Assembly: GCA_963713925.1 (NCBI GenBank) | Contig: OY970212.1 | Location: forward strand, 640,001-704,000 | From: an uncultured bacterium | Lineage (GTDB): Bacteria > Babelota > Babeliae > Babelales > Vermiphilaceae | DNA: 64,000 nt | Direction: 5' to 3' | Part shown: piece by piece, positions 10,503 to 21,038 of the stretch | How positions within the stretch are numbered: the stretch's first letter is position 1 | Layout: each line of letters opens with the position of its first letter | Made by a program: the position numbers and the translations under genes | The notes under the pieces: model-generated | The model's database searches: none | What the model was told of the DNA's origin: nothing | The model's input: only the letters and a program-made list of their open reading frames with translations

Positions 10503-11216
10503 CTACTCCATATTGGCGTAAACGTTTTTGACATCTTCATGCTCTTGAACAGCGTCTAAAAACGCAACGACCTTTTCGGTTTGCTCAGGAGTGAGGCTTG
10601 TGGTATTTTTTGGGACCCATTCCATTTCGGCACTCTCGACTTTTAACCCTTTGTTTGCAAGGGTATTTTTGATTTTATCAAGTGCTTTTGGATCACAAGT
10701 GATAGTAAATATCCCCTCGGAACTTGATATGTCTTTAATCTCATAATCGAGTAACAATTCAAGCAGTTCATCTTCTGATGTTTTTCCGCTAACGCGAATG
10801 ACCCCGAGTCGTTCAAACATCCAGCTCACCGATCCAGTCTCGCCAAGCGTTCCGCCGTTGCTTGAAAAAAGGAAACGAAGTTCTGCGACGGTTCTATTTT
10901 TATTATCTGAAAGAGTTTCAAGCATGACGGCAACTCCATACGGGCCATAGCCCTCATAGGTGAATTCTTCATAGCTTTGTCCGGGAAGTTCACCGGTTCC
11001 TTTTTTGATTGCGCGTGTTGTGTTTTCAAGCGGCATGTTAATATCGCGCGCTTTATCCATTAAAAGGCGAAGCCGTGGATTACCGTCAGGATCGCCACCG
11101 CCCACGCGTGCTGCAACCGTAATTTCTTTGATTAATTTAGTGAATGCTTGTCCACGTTTTGCATCTTCTTTGGCTTTTTTATGCTTAATCGTCGCCCAAT
11201 GGGAATGCCCTGCCAT
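10503..11216 (-). CDS. yebC: YebC/PmpR family protein
   Basis: MAGHSHWATIKHKK, YEGYGPYG and DNKNRT. Confidence 0.95.
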   Translation of the reverse strand: MAGHSHWATIKHKKAKEDAKRGQAFTKLIKEITVAARVGGGDPDGNPRLRLLMDKARDINMPLENTTRAIKKGTGELPGQSYEEFTYEGYGPYGVAVMLETLSDNKNRTVAELRFLFSSNGGTLGETGSVSWMFERLGVIRVSGKTSEDELLELLLDYEIKDISSSEGIFTITCDPKALDKIKNTLANKGLKVESAEMEWVPKNTTSLTPEQTEKVVAFLDAVQEHEDVKNVYANME

Positions 11217-11335
11217 GTGCAGTCCTCTCTAAAATTTCGATTCTGTTTGATAATGGTATTTGTTATATTCTTTATGGTATCCTGTAAATTAAATTCTGTC
11301 GATATGAAATCTGAGTGAGGCTTTCATTCACGATT

Positions 11336-11450
11336 GGGGTCCCCAATTGAGGGTCCCATGCGTAAGCCCGGCGATAGCATGGGTAAAGTGGGAGCGAAGC
11401 GAAGTTGGGCCCCATACGAAGCCCCTGAAGTATGGGTAAAAAGTTGGGGT
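11336..11450. repeat. Nested cluster of GGNCCC-arm...arm-GGGT palindromic repeats (family A)
   Basis: Outer GGGGTCCCCAATT...AGTTGGGGT encloses inner units at 11351-11384 and 11407-11437. Confidence 0.65.
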
Positions 11451-11471
11451 AACAAAAAGGAGTATTTCGCT

Positions 11472-11711
11472 ATGAAATATTGTTGTATGCCATGTTCTAT
11501 CAAATCGCGCATGAGAACCATAGCATTAGTATTCATGCTGGTATGTTGTCCAAAGTCTGTTCAATCAAATCCACCGCTTCCAACAATCCCCGGTGAACAG
11601 ATTGTAAAAATGATTCCGTATGAAGCGGGGTGGCTGACAGTGTTTTCCGTTCTGAGTATATTATGGATTGGATATGCGATAAAGGGCGATTTTGAAGAAG
11701 ATGGAGAGTAA
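11472..11711 (+). CDS. Small membrane protein
   Basis: AAGGAG RBS, signal-like segment and a C-terminal TM helix; the longer upstream ORF extension is repeat DNA. Confidence 0.5.
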   Translation: MKYCCMPCSIKSRMRTIALVFMLVCCPKSVQSNPPLPTIPGEQIVKMIPYEAGWLTVFSVLSILWIGYAIKGDFEEDGE

Positions 11712-11732
11712 AAACTAAAAATACATCTCATT

Positions 11733-13760
11733 TTATTTTTTTCCCAAATCAGTTGAAACGAGTGACGTCGAAGCAGCAGCATGCGCAGTTGGGTTTTCAT
11801 TTTCTTTTATCTTCTTTTTTCCGTCTGCCAACTTTGCTCTTTCAATACTCAGATCAAAGTATGCTTTCAATGCTTTTTTCGCCATTTCATCATTTTTCGT
11901 GCTGATTTCGTGCCCTTCCGCCAGCCATCCCTTTAATCTTTTTTCATCCAGTGATGCTGCAAATTTCATAAGCTCCAATTGTATCATTTGATTAAGCATG
12001 CCTTTTTTATTGACTCTTTTTAGAATAGGGTTCGTCATCTCAGAGACAAATCGAATCAATGCTAACATGGTAAATGAAAGCGGATAAGCACTATTGTTAA
12101 AAAGAATAGGTAATTTCCATTTACCTGGCGACGGGAGAATTGCCGATTGTTCTGCAAAGATTTGATCAAACGGCCGCGCACATTGAACCGTTGCCCTTCT
12201 TATCCTTGTTGCAATATCATAAACAGAAATTGTTTTACCAGTATCAGAAAGAGCTGCAATATTCCTGTTGCCCAAAAAAGCTAAAGATTTCGCAGGACGC
12301 GTTTCTCCCTCTCCTTCTCTTCCCAATTGAAAGGCGGTTACATTCGATAAATCATTTAAATCATGTTCAAAAACTATCACGGGGACACGATCGACGAGTG
12401 CACTGAATGTAAACATGCTTGAAAAAGGATCTTTTGGAAAAGCGAGAGCCCGAGCATACGACGTAAGCGCCTGGGTATCAGGACTATTTTCTTTTGTTGC
12501 AATAGTATGCACCACAATTCTTCCATTCATTCCTAATGCAATGCATTTTTTTGAGTCATTCGAAAATCTGATGTCGGTTATCAAATCACCTACCGGAATA
12601 ACAGCCACATTAGTTTCAGAAATACGCCTAACAGCCATTTGGTTATCTTCTATCGCACGAGCAAGGTATTTACCATCAGGAGAAATATCAAATGCTTTCG
12701 ATGGACCACTCATTTCATAAAGCTTTATTGCGGGGTCGCCTGGAATCACAAGTGCGATTTTTTTCTTGTCTTGCGCAAGCAATAAAATTCGAGGATTACC
12801 AATTGAACTTACCCTAACTTTGTCGCCCGATACATCCGGATTCAGAGAAAAACTTATTGGTTTATCGTCATTTAAATTTAATATTAATTGCCTTCTGTCA
12901 TTATCTAAGGCGACCTTATAATTTCCTTTCGCAGAAACTGCGTATGACACGATGTCCTTACGATCTTCAACAAAATCAGGAGATTCAAGAATTATATCAT
13001 TTATGTCAGACGCTAAACGAGATTCTGTAGAAGAAGAAACAATTCCCTCATGATCAAGCAATTCTCGGGGGGAGATATTAAACCTTGCTCCCATGTAGAC
13101 TTTAAAAATATCCGGATCATACGTTTCAAAGGAAGTGAGATATGAAAAAAAGCTCTTTTTGAATCCTTTTTGATTGATAATTTTTTCATAAAAATCCCCC
13201 CATAGAAATCCGTCACGCCCGGTCTTGATATCAAGATCATGTACCGTTTTTAAAAGCCGCGTAGAGTCTTGCTCGTTCGTTGTCTTGGGAAAAACCGGTA
13301 TATTTGAAGACGCTGAACCAGAACCAAGAAGATTGTCATATATAAATTTAAAATCGTCGACTCTTACTCCCGGAAGATGAATTATCGGCTTGAGGTCGAT
13401 GTTTGTCTTCAGTTTATAACCATACTTTTTTCTCATTTCTTCATTTTCAGGCTTATTTAACTGAGCGTGAAGTTCTTTTGCCCGCTTCTCTTTTTCCTGT
13501 TGCTTTAACTTTGACAAAAAATAGAAAGGGCTTTCCATGTAGGCGCGACTCTCTATTCTTCTTTTCAGTGATTGTGACCCCGATAAAACTGATGTCTCTG
13601 CAACGGGAAACTCTCCATCAGTAAGTTTAATTTTAAATCGCTCGGGAATTTTTTTTGCAGTTATCTCACTCGCTTTTGGCTGGTCAGATTTCGCTTCCGG
13701 TCTATCGGCCGCATAAACAAATGAGTTCAAAAAAAGGAATGCAATAATATATTTTATCAT
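11733..13760 (-). CDS. Secreted beta-propeller (WD40-like) protein with a divergent BTB/Skp1-like N-terminal region
   Basis: Signal peptide ..VYAAD; FDISPDGKYLA and ITDIRFSNDSK repeats. Confidence 0.7.
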   Translation of the reverse strand: MIKYIIAFLFLNSFVYAADRPEAKSDQPKASEITAKKIPERFKIKLTDGEFPVAETSVLSGSQSLKRRIESRAYMESPFYFLSKLKQQEKEKRAKELHAQLNKPENEEMRKKYGYKLKTNIDLKPIIHLPGVRVDDFKFIYDNLLGSGSASSNIPVFPKTTNEQDSTRLLKTVHDLDIKTGRDGFLWGDFYEKIINQKGFKKSFFSYLTSFETYDPDIFKVYMGARFNISPRELLDHEGIVSSSTESRLASDINDIILESPDFVEDRKDIVSYAVSAKGNYKVALDNDRRQLILNLNDDKPISFSLNPDVSGDKVRVSSIGNPRILLLAQDKKKIALVIPGDPAIKLYEMSGPSKAFDISPDGKYLARAIEDNQMAVRRISETNVAVIPVGDLITDIRFSNDSKKCIALGMNGRIVVHTIATKENSPDTQALTSYARALAFPKDPFSSMFTFSALVDRVPVIVFEHDLNDLSNVTAFQLGREGEGETRPAKSLAFLGNRNIAALSDTGKTISVYDIATRIRRATVQCARPFDQIFAEQSAILPSPGKWKLPILFNNSAYPLSFTMLALIRFVSEMTNPILKRVNKKGMLNQMIQLELMKFAASLDEKRLKGWLAEGHEISTKNDEMAKKALKAYFDLSIERAKLADGKKKIKENENPTAHAAASTSLVSTDLGKK

Positions 13761-13797
13761 GAAATTTCCCTTAAAAAATCCCTATTTTGTTATCAGC

Positions 13798-14823
13798 TCA
13801 CAATAATGTTCGTTGTCCCATAAAGCGCTGTTTTAAAAAGGGCAATGTTGCATGAGGGATTTGCCTACCGCGCGCGGTTTTTTCCAAATATCCCTTGCGC
13901 ATGAGATATGGTTCATAGACCGTTTCAATGGTTTCTTTATCTTCACCAATCATAGAAGCAATCGTTTCAAGCCCAACAGGGCCCCCCTGAAATTGCACAA
14001 CGATCTTTTCAAGAATCATAAGATCAACAGTGCTCAAGCCTTCACTATCGATACCCAAAAATGAAAGTGCTTGCCGCACAAATGCTTCATTCACCGCAAG
14101 TTCATTTTTTACTTGGGCAAAATCGCGCACACGTCGGAGTAACTTTTTGGCTATACGAGGCGTGCCCCGTGCCCCTTTAGCGATCATGAGAGCCGATTCA
14201 TGTGAAAGAGCAAAATCTAAAAACGAGGCACTTTGTAAAACAATCTGTGCCAAATCATCATCAGTATAATAATCAAGTCGTTCAATAATGCCAAAACGGC
14301 TATGCAGCGGAGCAGAAATCATACCGCTTTTGGTAGTTGCGCCCACCAAAGTGAATGGATTCACCGGCAAATTCATCGATTTAGCGCCCGCACCTTGGCC
14401 AATAATGATATCAACACGAAATTGTTCCATAGCGGTGTAGAGTACTTCTTCAACATTCGCGCTCATACGATGAATTTCATCGATAAATAAAATATCTCGC
14501 TTTTCAAGTGATGATAAAATGGCTACCAAATCGCCCGTTCGCTCAAGCATAGGGCCGGAACATATTTTAATACCGACGCCCATCACAGAAGCCATAATTT
14601 GCGAAAGTGTTGTTTTGCCCAATCCCGGAGGCCCAAAAAGAAGCAGGTGATCGAGTGGTTCGCCGCGCATTTTTGCTGCCTGCGTGTAGATATGTAATTT
14701 TTCTTTGAGGTCTTTTTGACCGAGATAGTGATCAAAAGTTGTGGGCCTAAACTCATGATGAGCTTCTTCCTGCGTTTGAGCAAAAGAAACAATATCTATT
14801 CCTTCAAATGATTCATTATTCAT
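13798..14823 (-). CDS. ruvB: Holliday junction branch migration helicase RuvB
   Basis: GPPGLGKTT, LFIDEIHR, GATT, SRFGI and GGPVG. Confidence 0.97.
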   Translation of the reverse strand: MNNESFEGIDIVSFAQTQEEAHHEFRPTTFDHYLGQKDLKEKLHIYTQAAKMRGEPLDHLLLFGPPGLGKTTLSQIMASVMGVGIKICSGPMLERTGDLVAILSSLEKRDILFIDEIHRMSANVEEVLYTAMEQFRVDIIIGQGAGAKSMNLPVNPFTLVGATTKSGMISAPLHSRFGIIERLDYYTDDDLAQIVLQSASFLDFALSHESALMIAKGARGTPRIAKKLLRRVRDFAQVKNELAVNEAFVRQALSFLGIDSEGLSTVDLMILEKIVVQFQGGPVGLETIASMIGEDKETIETVYEPYLMRKGYLEKTARGRQIPHATLPFLKQRFMGQRTLL

Positions 14824-15122
14824 GAGTAAGCCTCTTAATACAAATTACTTATTGCATTATCTTTGCTTAAGCATACTGAATTTGCGCACATACTTGAAGA
14901 GAAGATAGAGAGTCTGCAAATATAATAAAAGAAAGGAAGTACGCTTTAAAAGATTAACTTTGAAATTTTGTTCGGAAATTTGACAGGGCAACCATTTTTA
15001 AGGTGCGATTTAAATACCTTAATACCAATATTATCGGGCTCCCCAACGACTTGTCACGCCATAGCCTTGGGGCGAAGGCTGAAGCAGAGCGTTGTTGGGG
15101 CATGTTTACCGGGGAGAGCAGG

Positions 15123-15473
15123 ATGAAGAAGGTAGTAATGATACTCAACATCACCATGATAGGACTGACAACAATTGATGCGGCCGACAATGATTCTCAA
15201 TCAATGAATGCTGTTCAGCCAGATGATGAGAATAATCTTAAATTATATTTGGCAGTTGGTTTGGATAAAGTTCCTGATCAGTCTGATGGTGTCGATGCGA
15301 CACCTGATGCAATTGAAAATAGTAAAAAATTTTCTCTGAGATTTTCCAGAGGAAGGGTGAAATCAATGGATTTTTCCAAGAATGAATCGACCGTTCGAAG
15401 AAGTAAATCAATTCAAGAGCTCTTTCCAGAATTACAGTGGCCGGCACCTCAAAAAGATGAAAAAACAAAATGA
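15123..15473 (+). CDS. Secreted hypothetical protein
   Basis: MKKVVMIL..IDAAD signal peptide; upstream ORF extension is repeat DNA. Confidence 0.55.
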   Translation: MKKVVMILNITMIGLTTIDAADNDSQSMNAVQPDDENNLKLYLAVGLDKVPDQSDGVDATPDAIENSKKFSLRFSRGRVKSMDFSKNESTVRRSKSIQELFPELQWPAPQKDEKTK

Positions 15474-15668
15474 TCACAATTCCACGCGCGCGTGTATCAT
15501 TGAAATGGAATTAAAAGTCCGAGTAAGCGTATCTCATTTGCACCACATACCCGAAGAGAATCAGAAAATACAAGCTGAAGTGAAGGGATTTTTCATTGCA
15601 GTATTGTTGTTTTATATTCTATTATAAAAAAGCGATGCCAGTAAGGATGAATTCATGCGAGGGGTGCT

Positions 15669-17369
15669 ATGAAAAAGATGTTATTTGTTTTGTTCTCGGC
15701 CATTGTTTTTCTGCGCGCAGCAGATATTGATCAAAAAGAATCGGTACATATTCGTAATAAGCCTTCAGATAAAACGACTGTTATTTTCAGTGACGGAAAG
15801 AAATGGAATGACGCTGAAATAGATGTCTTGAAAGTTTCAGAAACGTTACGAAATATGGGCGAAGATATCGGAAATTTTGATGATATGCAGGTGAATCATA
15901 TCTCTTCGAAATTATTTATCGATATTTTATATCCGTTGATGAAAATCGCGAAAAATAAAAATATGGCGCAACAAGAACCGCTGAGCGAAAAAGATATGCG
16001 CAAAAAGCTTAAGGCCGACTTTCGAGCCTTGAATTTCGACGAAATAACCGAGCTTTTAAAAGCGGCCAATTTTTTTGACATTCAACCTGCGTTGCAACTT
16101 CTTGTAGATCGATGCGTTGAGCTGCTGCCGCTCAATTCACGGCAATTCGCGGGAGCCCCTGAACAATTTATACAATCTGTCGGTATACCTTCAGATTTAC
16201 AACCTTACTTTCAAAAATCTCCGCGCGTACTGAATAAGATATGGTCCGTGTTCATGGCAAAGCCGATCGCAACATTAAAGGACAACTATTCTCCCATCTT
16301 TTCCCCCAACGGAAAGTTGTTGGCAACAGTAAACCCAGTTACCAATTTACTATCTCGTAGGTCGATTAAAATATGGGATACTGAGACATGGAAGGTATTG
16401 CGTACATTAATCGGACATAAAGCACCAATAACGGATATCGCATTTTCACCGGATGGAAAATTATTGGCAGCCGGTTATAACAGCGGAATGATAAAATTAT
16501 GGGATGTTCAGACAGAAACCGTATCGCGCACCTTGACCGGTCATGCGAGTGCAGTAGGCAAAGTTGTTTTTTCCCCGGATGGATCTTTATTGGCAGCTGC
16601 TTCAAAAGACATGACGGTAAAAGTATGGGATACGCGGACATTGACCATCTTAAACACATTGACTGATCACAGGGGAGAAATAAAAGGAATAGCTTTTTCA
16701 CCCGACGGAACATTATTGATAACCGGTTCTCCTCATGATAAGGATGTAAAAGTTTGGAATGTTCAGACATGGAAATTGTCACACTCGTTACCCGGTCATA
16801 CTGATGGAATAAGAGCTGTTTGCTTTTCAAAAGATGGAAAATTATTGGCAACGGGTTCTGCTGATAATACGGCAAAAGTATGGGATACGCGGACATGGAC
16901 AGTATTGAGTACATTGGCCGGTCATACGAAACAGATACAAAGCATTTCATTTTCACCCGGTGGAACAATATTGGCAACAAAAGCCGCTGATGGGACGGCA
17001 AAAGTGTGGGATGTACCAACCGGGACGCTATTGCATACGTTGACCGGTTTTAAAGAAGACAGCGCACCTTCCATTTCGTTTTCTCCCAATGGAGCATTAT
17101 TGGCAACGGGAAGCTACGATATGAGCAAACTATGGAAAATGCCCGTTTCGCTGCCGATTGATATATTGTTAACTATGATGTTACTAACCGATCCTGAAGA
17201 TCAAAAGACAGACTTGTCGAAGGCAAAACAGTTTGCCCGTGATAAGATTAAAACCATTGGCGATAAAAAAACGAGACAGATATTACAAAACTATTTTGAT
17301 GGATTGTCTGGTTGGCCCGTTCCTATAAAATCTTTTTTGCGCAAGCTTATGCCCGCAAAGGAATCGTAA
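15669..17369 (+). CDS. Secreted BTB/Skp1-like + WD40 repeat protein
   Basis: SETLRNMGEDIG and LLKAANFFDIQPALQL, followed by several canonical GH...FSPDG...KVWD repeats. Confidence 0.88.
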   Translation: MKKMLFVLFSAIVFLRAADIDQKESVHIRNKPSDKTTVIFSDGKKWNDAEIDVLKVSETLRNMGEDIGNFDDMQVNHISSKLFIDILYPLMKIAKNKNMAQQEPLSEKDMRKKLKADFRALNFDEITELLKAANFFDIQPALQLLVDRCVELLPLNSRQFAGAPEQFIQSVGIPSDLQPYFQKSPRVLNKIWSVFMAKPIATLKDNYSPIFSPNGKLLATVNPVTNLLSRRSIKIWDTETWKVLRTLIGHKAPITDIAFSPDGKLLAAGYNSGMIKLWDVQTETVSRTLTGHASAVGKVVFSPDGSLLAAASKDMTVKVWDTRTLTILNTLTDHRGEIKGIAFSPDGTLLITGSPHDKDVKVWNVQTWKLSHSLPGHTDGIRAVCFSKDGKLLATGSADNTAKVWDTRTWTVLSTLAGHTKQIQSISFSPGGTILATKAADGTAKVWDVPTGTLLHTLTGFKEDSAPSISFSPNGALLATGSYDMSKLWKMPVSLPIDILLTMMLLTDPEDQKTDLSKAKQFARDKIKTIGDKKTRQILQNYFDGLSGWPVPIKSFLRKLMPAKES

Positions 17370-17399
17370 ACGATTAATGTTTTCAAAACTCAACAGAAT

Positions 17400-18755
17400 T
17401 TAACAAAAACTGTTGACCGTAACTGCCTGTGCTGCAGATTGACTTCCGGATGCCCCGACACCGACAATATAATAGGTATCGATAACAAACGGATGTCTGT
17501 TATGGTCAAAAAATTGCAATGGTTCGGTTGCAGGTATAGTAGCAGCGACTTGAGTCAGAGCGGCATCTCGAAAAATGATATATGAAACGGGAATATTTGT
17601 AGCGGGAGACGACCAGGTAATTTTGTTGATAAAATCAGTTTGTGTTAAGAAGATGTTGGCAAATCGACATCCTTGAACATTTGTTGGCCCGTTAACGGGA
17701 GTAGCAGGACAACCGAGCACGTAGACGGTGCTAGAGCTTTGTGAAGCAACATAGGCAAACTGGCCATTGGGGGTTATTGCTACTCCTCGGGGGGTAGGAA
17801 TACCTGTAACTGTTGCCACAACTGCGTTAGTAGTCGTGTTTATAATGCTCACGGTATTGTCACCAAAATTTGTGACATACGCGAATTGGCCATCAGGGGT
17901 TACGGTTACTCCTATAGGATTTACCCCAACGGGGATCGTCGCCACAACGGTGTTGGTAGCGGCATCAATAACGCTCACACTATTGCCACCAAAATTTGTG
18001 ACATAAACAAATAGACCGTCGGGAGTTATTGCTACTGCCATAGGCTCACTTCCAACGGGAATCGTTGTCACTGCCTCAGTAGTGGTGTTTATAACACTCA
18101 CGTTACTGCTTCCAGAATTTGCGACATATGCAAATTGGCCAGTGACAGGAGTTATGGCTATTCCCACAGGCCCAATTCCAACGGGGATTGTTGCCACAAG
18201 CGTGTTAGTGGTATCATAAACATCCACCACGTTAGTTTCATTATCTGTGATCCAGGCGAATAAGTCACTGGGATTTATTGCTACCCCTTCAAAGATGACG
18301 GTTCCAGTAGAACTGAACGACGCGCTAACCGTGTTGGTAGCGGTGTTTATAATGCTTACCTGGTCACTGGCGGGCGTCCCGGAATTACTTGCAATAGTTA
18401 CATAGACAGATTGACCGTCAGGAGTAATAGCTAGTGCCGATAAAGCAGGTTGTGGTATGCTGCCGATTAAGGGGACTGTAATGGTGCCCACCGCGTTAGT
18501 AGCGGTATTAATAAACCTGACTATCACACTACTTGTTCCTGCCTCTTTATTTATGACATACGCGAATTGGCCGTTAGGAGTTATGGCTATTGCTGTAGGG
18601 AGAGCTCCAACAGGGATCGTTTCTACAATTTCAGTCGGCATGTCGCATCCGCGCAACCACACAGTTGTTAAAAAAACCAAAGCGTGCAACATTCCAAAGC
18701 CAAAGGATTTAAACGTCATAAAAGTTCCTTTAATTATACCCAAGTTCATTTTCAT
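17400..18755 (-). CDS. YncE/YVTN beta-propeller repeat protein
   Basis: Repeated TIPVG..P..IAITPDGQFAYVTN....VSVI. Confidence 0.88.
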   Translation of the reverse strand: MKMNLGIIKGTFMTFKSFGFGMLHALVFLTTVWLRGCDMPTEIVETIPVGALPTAIAITPNGQFAYVINKEAGTSSVIVRFINTATNAVGTITVPLIGSIPQPALSALAITPDGQSVYVTIASNSGTPASDQVSIINTATNTVSASFSSTGTVIFEGVAINPSDLFAWITDNETNVVDVYDTTNTLVATIPVGIGPVGIAITPVTGQFAYVANSGSSNVSVINTTTEAVTTIPVGSEPMAVAITPDGLFVYVTNFGGNSVSVIDAATNTVVATIPVGVNPIGVTVTPDGQFAYVTNFGDNTVSIINTTTNAVVATVTGIPTPRGVAITPNGQFAYVASQSSSTVYVLGCPATPVNGPTNVQGCRFANIFLTQTDFINKITWSSPATNIPVSYIIFRDAALTQVAATIPATEPLQFFDHNRHPFVIDTYYIVGVGASGSQSAAQAVTVNSFC

Positions 18756-18891
18756 TCACTTGGAGCCCATTATTTTAAATTCAGAACATTTTGGGGCTTA
18801 GTTTTAGGTTTTTTCTTATACTTTATGAAATTACTTTTTGTGGGAATTCGAAATCAAGAGATTGAGTTTTGCATCTTGTAACGTGAAAAAA

Positions 18892-19995
18892 TTACAATTC
18901 CACGTGCGCGTGCACCATTGAAATGGCATTGAAAAGCCCGAGTGTTGCAAATGTGATGAGTAAATTGCTCAATCCATAACTCACAAATGGAAGTGGTATG
19001 CCCACGATGGGCAACAAGCCCGTTACCATTGCGATGTTAATGATCATCGAAAGAAGTGCGTGAATAATAAGGCCAAAAGCACACACCTGAATAATTGGCT
19101 GATCTACTTTATACAAAATGCTTAACAGACGCGCAAAAAGAAGTATGTACAATAACAATAATCCAAGCGCGCCTAAAAAGCCCCATTCTTCGCAGATGAC
19201 GGCAAAAATAAAGTCGGTCCTGCTCTCGGGTAAAAAATGAAGTTTGTTTTGTGTGCCGGCCAGATATCCTTTGCCGGAAAATCCGCCTGATCCAATGGCA
19301 ATTTTAGACTGTTCAATCTGGTACCGCTCTTTGCGTTGATCGCCCTGGCCTAAGAATACGAGCACTCGCTTTTTTTGATAATCGCGCAAAATGTGCCATG
19401 AAAGCGGCGCAGTAATCAGACAGAAAATAAATCCATATAAGAAAAATTTTTTTGAAATTCCTGATAACCACAAGAGCATAAGCGCCGAAAATAAAAAAAT
19501 AAGCGCTGTTCCCAAATCGGGTTGTTTTAAAATGAGAAGAAAGCTGGTGACAATGGTGGCAAGCAGTGGAACAAACTCGGTAAATGTAAATCTAAAAGTC
19601 TCTTTGCGCGTGTAGAGGTAGCCTGAGGCAAAAATAGGAAAGGCGAGTTTAATAAGTTCTGCCGGTTGTATTTTTAAGATTCCCAAATCAATCCAGCGCT
19701 GGGCTCCCATACCGATGCTGCCTTTGATAATGGTGAATAGCAACAGCCCAATAACACTCAAATATAAAAGGCTTCCCCACGGCATAAGCGAACGATAATC
19801 AATAAAAGAACACAGCCAATACAAACTGATTCCGGCGATAAAACCGATAAATTGCTTTTTAAAAAAGATTGAATAGATCATGTCAGGTCTGTAGGTCGCA
19901 CTTAACACAAAAGACAAGCCAAAGAGGCAAATGCACACGATCAGGAAGAAGCTGATCCAATCAAAGTAACGGAGGTAGCGCAGCGAAAGGAACAT
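18892..19995 (-). CDS. rodA: Rod shape-determining protein RodA (SEDS)
   Basis: GAQRWI, QPAE..K, QPDLGT, PESRTDFIF and G.PLPFVSYG; start at MFLSLR because the upstream extension is repeat DNA. Confidence 0.93.
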   Translation of the reverse strand: MFLSLRYLRYFDWISFFLIVCICLFGLSFVLSATYRPDMIYSIFFKKQFIGFIAGISLYWLCSFIDYRSLMPWGSLLYLSVIGLLLFTIIKGSIGMGAQRWIDLGILKIQPAELIKLAFPIFASGYLYTRKETFRFTFTEFVPLLATIVTSFLLILKQPDLGTALIFLFSALMLLWLSGISKKFFLYGFIFCLITAPLSWHILRDYQKKRVLVFLGQGDQRKERYQIEQSKIAIGSGGFSGKGYLAGTQNKLHFLPESRTDFIFAVICEEWGFLGALGLLLLYILLFARLLSILYKVDQPIIQVCAFGLIIHALLSMIINIAMVTGLLPIVGIPLPFVSYGLSNLLITFATLGLFNAISMVHAHVEL

Positions 19996-20043
19996 GGTGA
20001 TCCATACCCAATAAGGTGGTGTTAATTTTTTTAAAAGTTGTTG

Positions 20044-20200
20044 CCCCTGCGCGGGGCGTGCGCCAAAGAGGGATGCTGCCATCCCCTTTGGAATCCAAGC
20101 ACTTAAAACCAAGGTTTTAAGAAATCCTTCATCCGTTTCAAACCTCGACGCACACAATTTCTTCGAAATTGCTTCGGTCTCGAGAAACTACCGGATTTTT
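20044..20200 (-). repeat. Structured repeat family D, copy 1 (inverted relative to the other copies)
   Basis: Core TTAAAACCTTGGTTTTAA (20103-20120) followed by two GC-rich hairpins. Confidence 0.7.
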
Positions 20201-20271
20201 TTATTTTACCATAGCCGATCTTGGGTCATTGTCAATTAGTTTGGAATTGTAAATCTCGCATTAATAAAGAA

Positions 20272-20431
20272 AAAAAGTCTGATGAGGTTCACCGAACCAA
20301 TGGAACAATTTTGTTAAAAATTGTGTATGGTGAGTTGAAGCTCAAGGAATTTTTAAAACCTTGGTTTTAAACGCCCGAAATGCAAAAACGGTGGCGAGAC
20401 CGTTTTTGCCGCCTGCCCACGCGCAGTGGGC
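20272..20431 (+). repeat. Structured repeat family D, copy 2
   Basis: GAGGTTCACCGAACCAATG...AAGGAATTTTTAAAACCTTGGTTTTAAACGCCCGAA, shared with 47560-47768. Confidence 0.8.
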
Positions 20432-20548
20432 TAAATGTTCTTCTGGTGCTCGCCCCTGCATAAGGGGCTAAAACGTTCTCTTGCCCTCCCGCGGGGAGCG
20501 GGATTTCCAAAAGGGTTTCCTTTGTGGTGACCGACCCTCACGCAAGGT

Positions 20549-20938
20549 CTAACTCATCTTTTTACACTCAGCAATAGTTGCCTTAAGCGCCATAATACTG
20601 TCTTCTGCTTTTGATACACATTTTTCATCGCCGGATTTGCAGGAGCGAACAAGCTCGTTACATTCCTCAACGCATTCTTTGCATACTTCAATGCAGTTAA
20701 CGAGCATTTGCTTTTTCTTGCGATCGGTTTCCTGCGCAAGAGCACTGTTGCATTCCGCCATGCAAGCATTGCATGCATTGATTGATTGTGTGACTTGCGC
20801 AGTGGTTTTTCCAATTTCGCGCGCACATTCTTGGAGATCTGAGCCAACGCATTTTGCGATTAAGATTTGTAATTCATTAATTGATTTTTCACTTTGATTG
20901 ATGCAATGTTGGCAGGCTTGTTTGAGAGAGTTGTTCAT
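20549..20938 (-). CDS. Cys-rich four-helix-bundle protein (copper storage Csp/DUF326-like)
   Basis: Repeated CxxC/CxxxC on helices (CNACMAEC, CIEVCKECVEEC); GAGG RBS. Confidence 0.7.
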   Translation of the reverse strand: MNNSLKQACQHCINQSEKSINELQILIAKCVGSDLQECAREIGKTTAQVTQSINACNACMAECNSALAQETDRKKKQMLVNCIEVCKECVEECNELVRSCKSGDEKCVSKAEDSIMALKATIAECKKMS

Positions 20939-21038
20939 AATAATTTCCTCATTTATACCCAAACGTCGTTAGCACTTCGTTTGGGGCCCATTAATAATGA
21001 TTTTAGTTTGTTTTATCATGCCGTAAAATCTTGCGGCT

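Noticed and set aside
16360..17130. Periodic DNA repeats such as GCAAAAGTATGGGATACGCGGACAT
   Set aside because: Explained by WD40 coding repeats. No reverse transcriptase or adenine-specific TR/VR pattern suggests a DGR.
19996..20157. N-terminal extension of RodA in the ORF track
   Set aside because: It is largely read-through of repeat family D; RodA-like sequence starts at MFLSLR (19995).
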